From the NCBI GenBank assembly GCA_965655095.1, contig OZ296653.1, positions 52,948,001 through 53,012,000 of the forward strand: 64,000 nt of DNA, given 5' to 3'. The notes under the pieces were generated by a model. It saw nothing but the letters and a program-made list of their open reading frames with translations, was not told the DNA's origin and searched no databases. Below are positions 61,201 through 64,000 of this stretch, one piece after another. This DNA comes from Haplodiscus bocki (taxonomy: Eukaryota). The position numbers and the translations under genes were made by a program. How positions within the stretch are numbered: position 1 is the first letter of the stretch; every line of letters starts with the position of its first letter.

Positions 61201-64000
61201 CTCAATCCAAACTCTTTAGTTAGTTAAGCAAGAAATGTTAAGATTTCTTTCCTTGAAACATGCAGATTAAGAATTTGTTCAAGAACAAACGGTACGCATA
61301 TGAGATGTTTCCCGAACTTAGAGAACATCATGCATTCTACTCACTCATAAAGTCTCAAGAATGCGGGCGATTTTGAATTGGTAGTTGTAGCTGGTCTAGC
61401 AAGTTCTTCCTAAATGCCACGAAACTTCTTCACCGCTGTTTAACTTTTCAATCACTTAACATTTCAAAAGTTTTCATTTTTTGAAAAAGTTATGGGACAA
61501 CTTTTCTTAACATTTTCTGTGAAGGGGAAATGCTCCCCAACTCAAATAAATTGCAATTTTTGAGTAAATGTGTTCTGGTTAAGCATAGCCAGTCATTTTC
61601 CTCAAACCGGGGTCTTAGAACAAGTTTAGAACGAGTCAAGGACTTCAATAAGCTCTACACTAAAATATCTCCGTGTAGAGATTTGTCAGTGTAGATTTCT
61701 GTATCTTATCAAGACTACGTGTGCTATTTCTGGGTCAAAACCCCACCCCTTCTTTGTTCTGTCGAAAAAAAAAGATTAAACAAAACAACCAAGCTTTCGT
61801 TGGGGGTAAATTCACTTGTCTCATATCTGCATTATTTTTCGATTTGATTATCAACAATCTGTTTATTCTACTCTATAATTCCAGCGTTAATCAGTAAAAT
61901 TAAAGTAAAAATCGCCTTTTCTCGTTACAAATGTGTCATTGTCTAGCAGAAGATGTGAGAACATGTCACTATAATCCGATCACAGTTATAAATCCTATTG
62001 TTTCCAGACTTCTCAAGAACATCAATCCCAGTATTCATAAAACGCCACATCATCTTACCTTGGGCGTGGTATCGGTGGGCGTGGGGTTGTGTTCTTTCAT
62101 AACCTCCTCCACCACATTAGGCATGTGTTTAGCTGTATTCCTGTTAGCATCACTCTCGTCTATGACCAAGTCGGGCAGGGGGGACGCAGGGGTTGCCGTG
62201 GGTGCTATCGACATCTTCCGTTTCAGAAGAGAGTGCGCCACCTGAGCAGCCGGCTTCTTGGATTTGGCAAGATGGTAGAATGGACTGAGTGTTAATTTGA
62301 TTAGCGCAATCGCAATGCGAAACGTTTTCCTGGAACGATACAAATGAATTTTCATTCTTTCTGAAAAATCTTCGGATGCAGAGTGAAAATGTTCCATTCA
62401 CTCAATTTTTTTCTCAACGATTTTGATACTAACGATATATCATCAGCGCGATCGTGTTAATACGTGGTTGTTTTCTTTCATAGAAAGGCTCCTTCAATAT
62501 TGTTACATTCACAATAGTTTTCGAAAAATTCAAACAATGCAGAAGTGTGATGTTTACCTTAATATGTAAGAGATTATCCAGTACGGCAATTTGATAACGA
62601 ACAGAAGCGGCAATTTGAGAGCGAAGAAAACGAAGAGTTGTAAGAGAAACATCATGACACTTCGAGGAGAAAACAACTTCCAAGATAACACCTGGAACCA
62701 GCTGCGAACTTTGGACAAAAGTGGCTCTTTCCTAAAAATGAATCTAAGATTAAATTAGTGAGTAAAAAACTTATCGAAGGTCTTACACGAGGAGGAGGTA
62801 CTGAACTTACGTTGGCAAACTTTCGTCGAGAGGCTCTGGATTGAGTGACCTGGTATGTTGCATTTCATAGATTGTGTCTTCGCAAAAGTTCACAAACGTG
62901 TCCAGTTTCTCCAGATCTGCCATTCCAACAACTCCGCTGAACAGAAACTCCCTCTTGGATTCCTGAAAACAGAGAGGAATTCACTATCTTATTAGTTAAC
63001 CAATTAATATCATAAGTCATATCTGTTATATCATATGTTACAAGTTTATATATATATATATATATCACCTAATATGTTACTTATAGTAAGCTATAAATCT
63101 ATTCTTGGGCTGAGACCCTTGTGAATATCAGCAATCATAGAAGTCGTGGTAGGTATTTTACAAAAAATGTCGCCTTGATTTGTAAGATTGTAAAATTGAA
63201 CAAAAATTTCGAAAACCCAAATGTTCGTTTTAATTTGGATCTTGTCTGAAATTTTATTTTGGTCTGGCAGGTGTACTCAAAAGACTCCCCACATGGCTTC
63301 TAATCAATAGAATTATGTTTTCTGATGACTAAAATATTGCCTAAGTTAGAGGAAATGCCGAAAAGCGATAGCTACATTCTATAAAATTGGATCTTGAAAG
63401 GTGTATTATATTACGGGGGGTTACTCCAGCGATGAATCAGATCTTCAATGTAATTGTATCTTTTGCTTTGGTTGTAATTGTATCATTTGGTTTCTTTTTG
63501 AAAAGAAGTAGGGTTTTTGCTAAAAAAATGATTATTTTCAAAATCGGTACAGGTGGCAAATTTGCTGTATAGTGCGTATGAAAAGATTTTACTTCTTGAA
63601 AATAATCTCTTAATTGAAACTGTGAGTCTTGAAGATTTTAAGTTGAGCCCATTAGCTAACTTTCCTCTTAATGTTTTGCTTAAAATTGATGAATACCTTT
63701 ATAGTTTCTGCTTCCCATGAAGACTTGTTCTCTTCAGATATCTCGAAGTAAACTCGCTCAATTCTTTTCGTTCCACCGAGAATCTCAATTCGTCCGAGCT
63801 GAGATTCGAACACGTCAATTAAATCAGCAGCAGCTTCGACCAATTTGTCCAACCGAGGATCATTCGTTGTGTGTTCTGATAGGTTGGTGAACAACAGAGC
63901 AATATTGAAACCGATCTCGCTGGCAGGGTCCGAGAACCGCTCGCTGAATTCTTTGTACGATATGCGACCGTCGCTGTCTTTGTCAGCACACTCGAGCAAG
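46022..64000 (-). CDS. RyR: Ryanodine receptor, 3' part (13 exons; gene extends beyond the window)
   Basis: EF-hand, [109 protein letters not shown]. All splice phases are consistent. Confidence 0.97.
46930..50485 (+). mobile_element. Decayed Gypsy-type LTR element in the RyR last intron
   Basis: Direct repeats at ~46960-47098 and ~50335-50485 (tgctaaattta...aaaaaagattcagt.caacgt.tgtaac); gaagggg PPT-like tract at ~50300; integrase-like [22 protein letters not shown] at ~48712-48777. Confidence 0.7.
48779..49268 (-). mobile_element. HINE-like element nested in the intronic Gypsy remnant
   Basis: Reverse complement of the 14359-14847 family (acaagatggccggcttctaccggcaatttttccgc). It interrupts the integrase reading frame. 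Confidence 0.65.
50528..50592 (-). CDS. RyR: RyR exon (S6 gate and cytosolic extension)
   Basis: ctgcag|(G)[21 protein letters not shown]|gttacc; not in the ORF track. Confidence 0.95.
50897..51281 (-). CDS. RyR: RyR exon (S5, luminal loop, pore helix, GGGIGD filter, S6)
   Basis: ttgcag|LVLT...LAIIQ G|gttaga. Confidence 0.97.
52691..52887 (-). CDS. RyR: RyR exon (S3, S4, S4-S5 linker)
   Basis: tttcag|(G)[20 protein letters not shown]...SVTHNGKQ|gtaaaa. Confidence 0.95.
53200..55100. repeat. Degenerate ~180-bp tandem array (~10-11 units) in an RyR intron
   Basis: Motif taactacag.cttgatttctt..atcaagg.ctcaatcaa recurs near 53308, 53486, 53668, 53841, 53988, 54166, 54511, 54693, 54880 and 55057. 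Confidence 0.75.
55808..56120 (-). CDS. RyR: RyR exon (S2-S3 domain)
   Basis: caacag|[22 protein letters not shown]...[11 protein letters not shown]...LLL G|gtggga. Confidence 0.93.
56816..57651. mobile_element. Non-autonomous DNA transposon with CACT-type TIRs (CMC/EnSpm-like MITE)
   Basis: Left cactgtaaaactggcgcgtgcaaaattacctgca versus right tgcaggtaaatttgcacgcgccagttttttcagag; many internal gcaggtaaa/ttacctgc motifs. Confidence 0.75.
58242..58481 (-). CDS. RyR: RyR exon (S1-S2 loop, S2)
   Basis: ttttaag|ISIYIP...[28 protein letters not shown]|gtgagt. Confidence 0.92.
58665..60606 (+). mobile_element. HINE-like element split by a BEL/Pao fragment
   Basis: 5' end cccgcccata..tatgggagg homologous to 14359 onward; 3' end gggcggaaaatatgccggtggttgccggtcgtctag. 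Confidence 0.55.
58900..60050 (+). mobile_element. BEL/Pao LTR retrotransposon pol remnant
   Basis: [18 protein letters not shown]...[32 protein letters not shown] and [11 protein letters not shown]...WFKGP match the Pao RNase H region (KxRVAP..TIPKLEL, NPAD.ATRG, WxxGP). Confidence 0.88.
60708..60794 (-). CDS. RyR: RyR exon (S1)
   Basis: tttcag|[29 protein letters not shown]|gtaagt. Confidence 0.93.
60866..60992 (-). CDS. RyR: RyR exon (divergent region)
   Basis: ctttcag|, phase 2: SWIKMRESS...FAENFM|gtgaga; fits the phase chain. Confidence 0.8.
61345..61409 (-). CDS. RyR: RyR small exon (divergent region)
   Basis: catttag|[23 protein letters not shown]|gtgagt; supplies the phase 0 to 2 link needed. 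Confidence 0.72.
62059..62284 (-). CDS. RyR: RyR exon (divergent region 1)
   Basis: actcag|, phase 2: [10 protein letters not shown]...TDTTPK|gtaaga. Confidence 0.8.
62558..62731 (-). CDS. RyR: RyR exon (pre-S1 hydrophobic segment)
   Basis: tttttag|[57 protein letters not shown]|gtaaac, phase 2 to 2. An in-frame alternative acceptor at 62701 is possible. Confidence 0.75.
62811..62962 (-). CDS. RyR: RyR exon (thumb-and-forefinger region)
   Basis: ttttcag|ESKREFLF...[19 protein letters not shown]...|gtaagt. Confidence 0.93.
63047..63065. repeat. (TA)n microsatellite
   Basis: Directly visible. Confidence 0.85.
63697..64000 (-). CDS. RyR: RyR exon (EF-hand 2, core; 5' end outside the window)
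   Basis: [17 protein letters not shown]...[15 protein letters not shown]...LGRIEI...RIERVYFEI...ETIK|gtattc. Confidence 0.95.

Noticed and set aside
62787-62810. Alternative RyR 5' splice site 24 nt downstream (gtaaga)
   Set aside because: The extension reads ACG TAA, an in-frame stop, so it cannot give full-length protein.
46022-64000. IP3 receptor rather than RyR
   Set aside because: [35 protein letters not shown] and DCFRKQYE are RyR-type; IP3R has GGGVGD and IIDTFADLR.
1-64000. tRNA, rRNA or snRNA genes
   Set aside because: None recognised by eye; tRNAscan-SE and Infernal would be needed to exclude them.

Overview
AT-rich, intron-containing animal genomic DNA from an invertebrate. The divergent ryanodine receptor and repeat landscape are reminiscent of acoel worms, but that is an unverified impression. 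There is a 200-N scaffold gap at 6929-7128. Host genes: (1) the last 13 exons of a ryanodine receptor on the - strand (64000 to 46022), all with GT-AG boundaries and consistent phase; (2) the 3' three exons of a Cys-less (Pro-loop) pentameric ligand-gated ion channel on the + strand (37000-45353), tail-to-tail with RyR; (3) a probable 3-exon 3' end of an unidentified gene (2497-3273). The standout is a decayed ~12 kb env-bearing Ty3/Gypsy (Metaviridae-like) LTR element on the - strand (17121-29433). It has gag with two zinc knuckles, a UUUAAAC-plus-hairpin -1 frameshift signal, PR-RT-RNaseH-IN and a class I fusion-like env. It also carries a TARG1/OARD1-type ADP-ribose macrodomain between RNase H and integrase, an extra 3' ORF with a coiled coil and a DnaJ-like J-domain, and a possible extra ORF upstream of gag. 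The rest of the window is TE debris (Gypsy, BEL/Pao, hAT, possible piggyBac and Polinton-type PolB, Helentron-like HINEs, MITEs) and tandem repeats. All calls come from manual translation and motif recognition; no database search was run.
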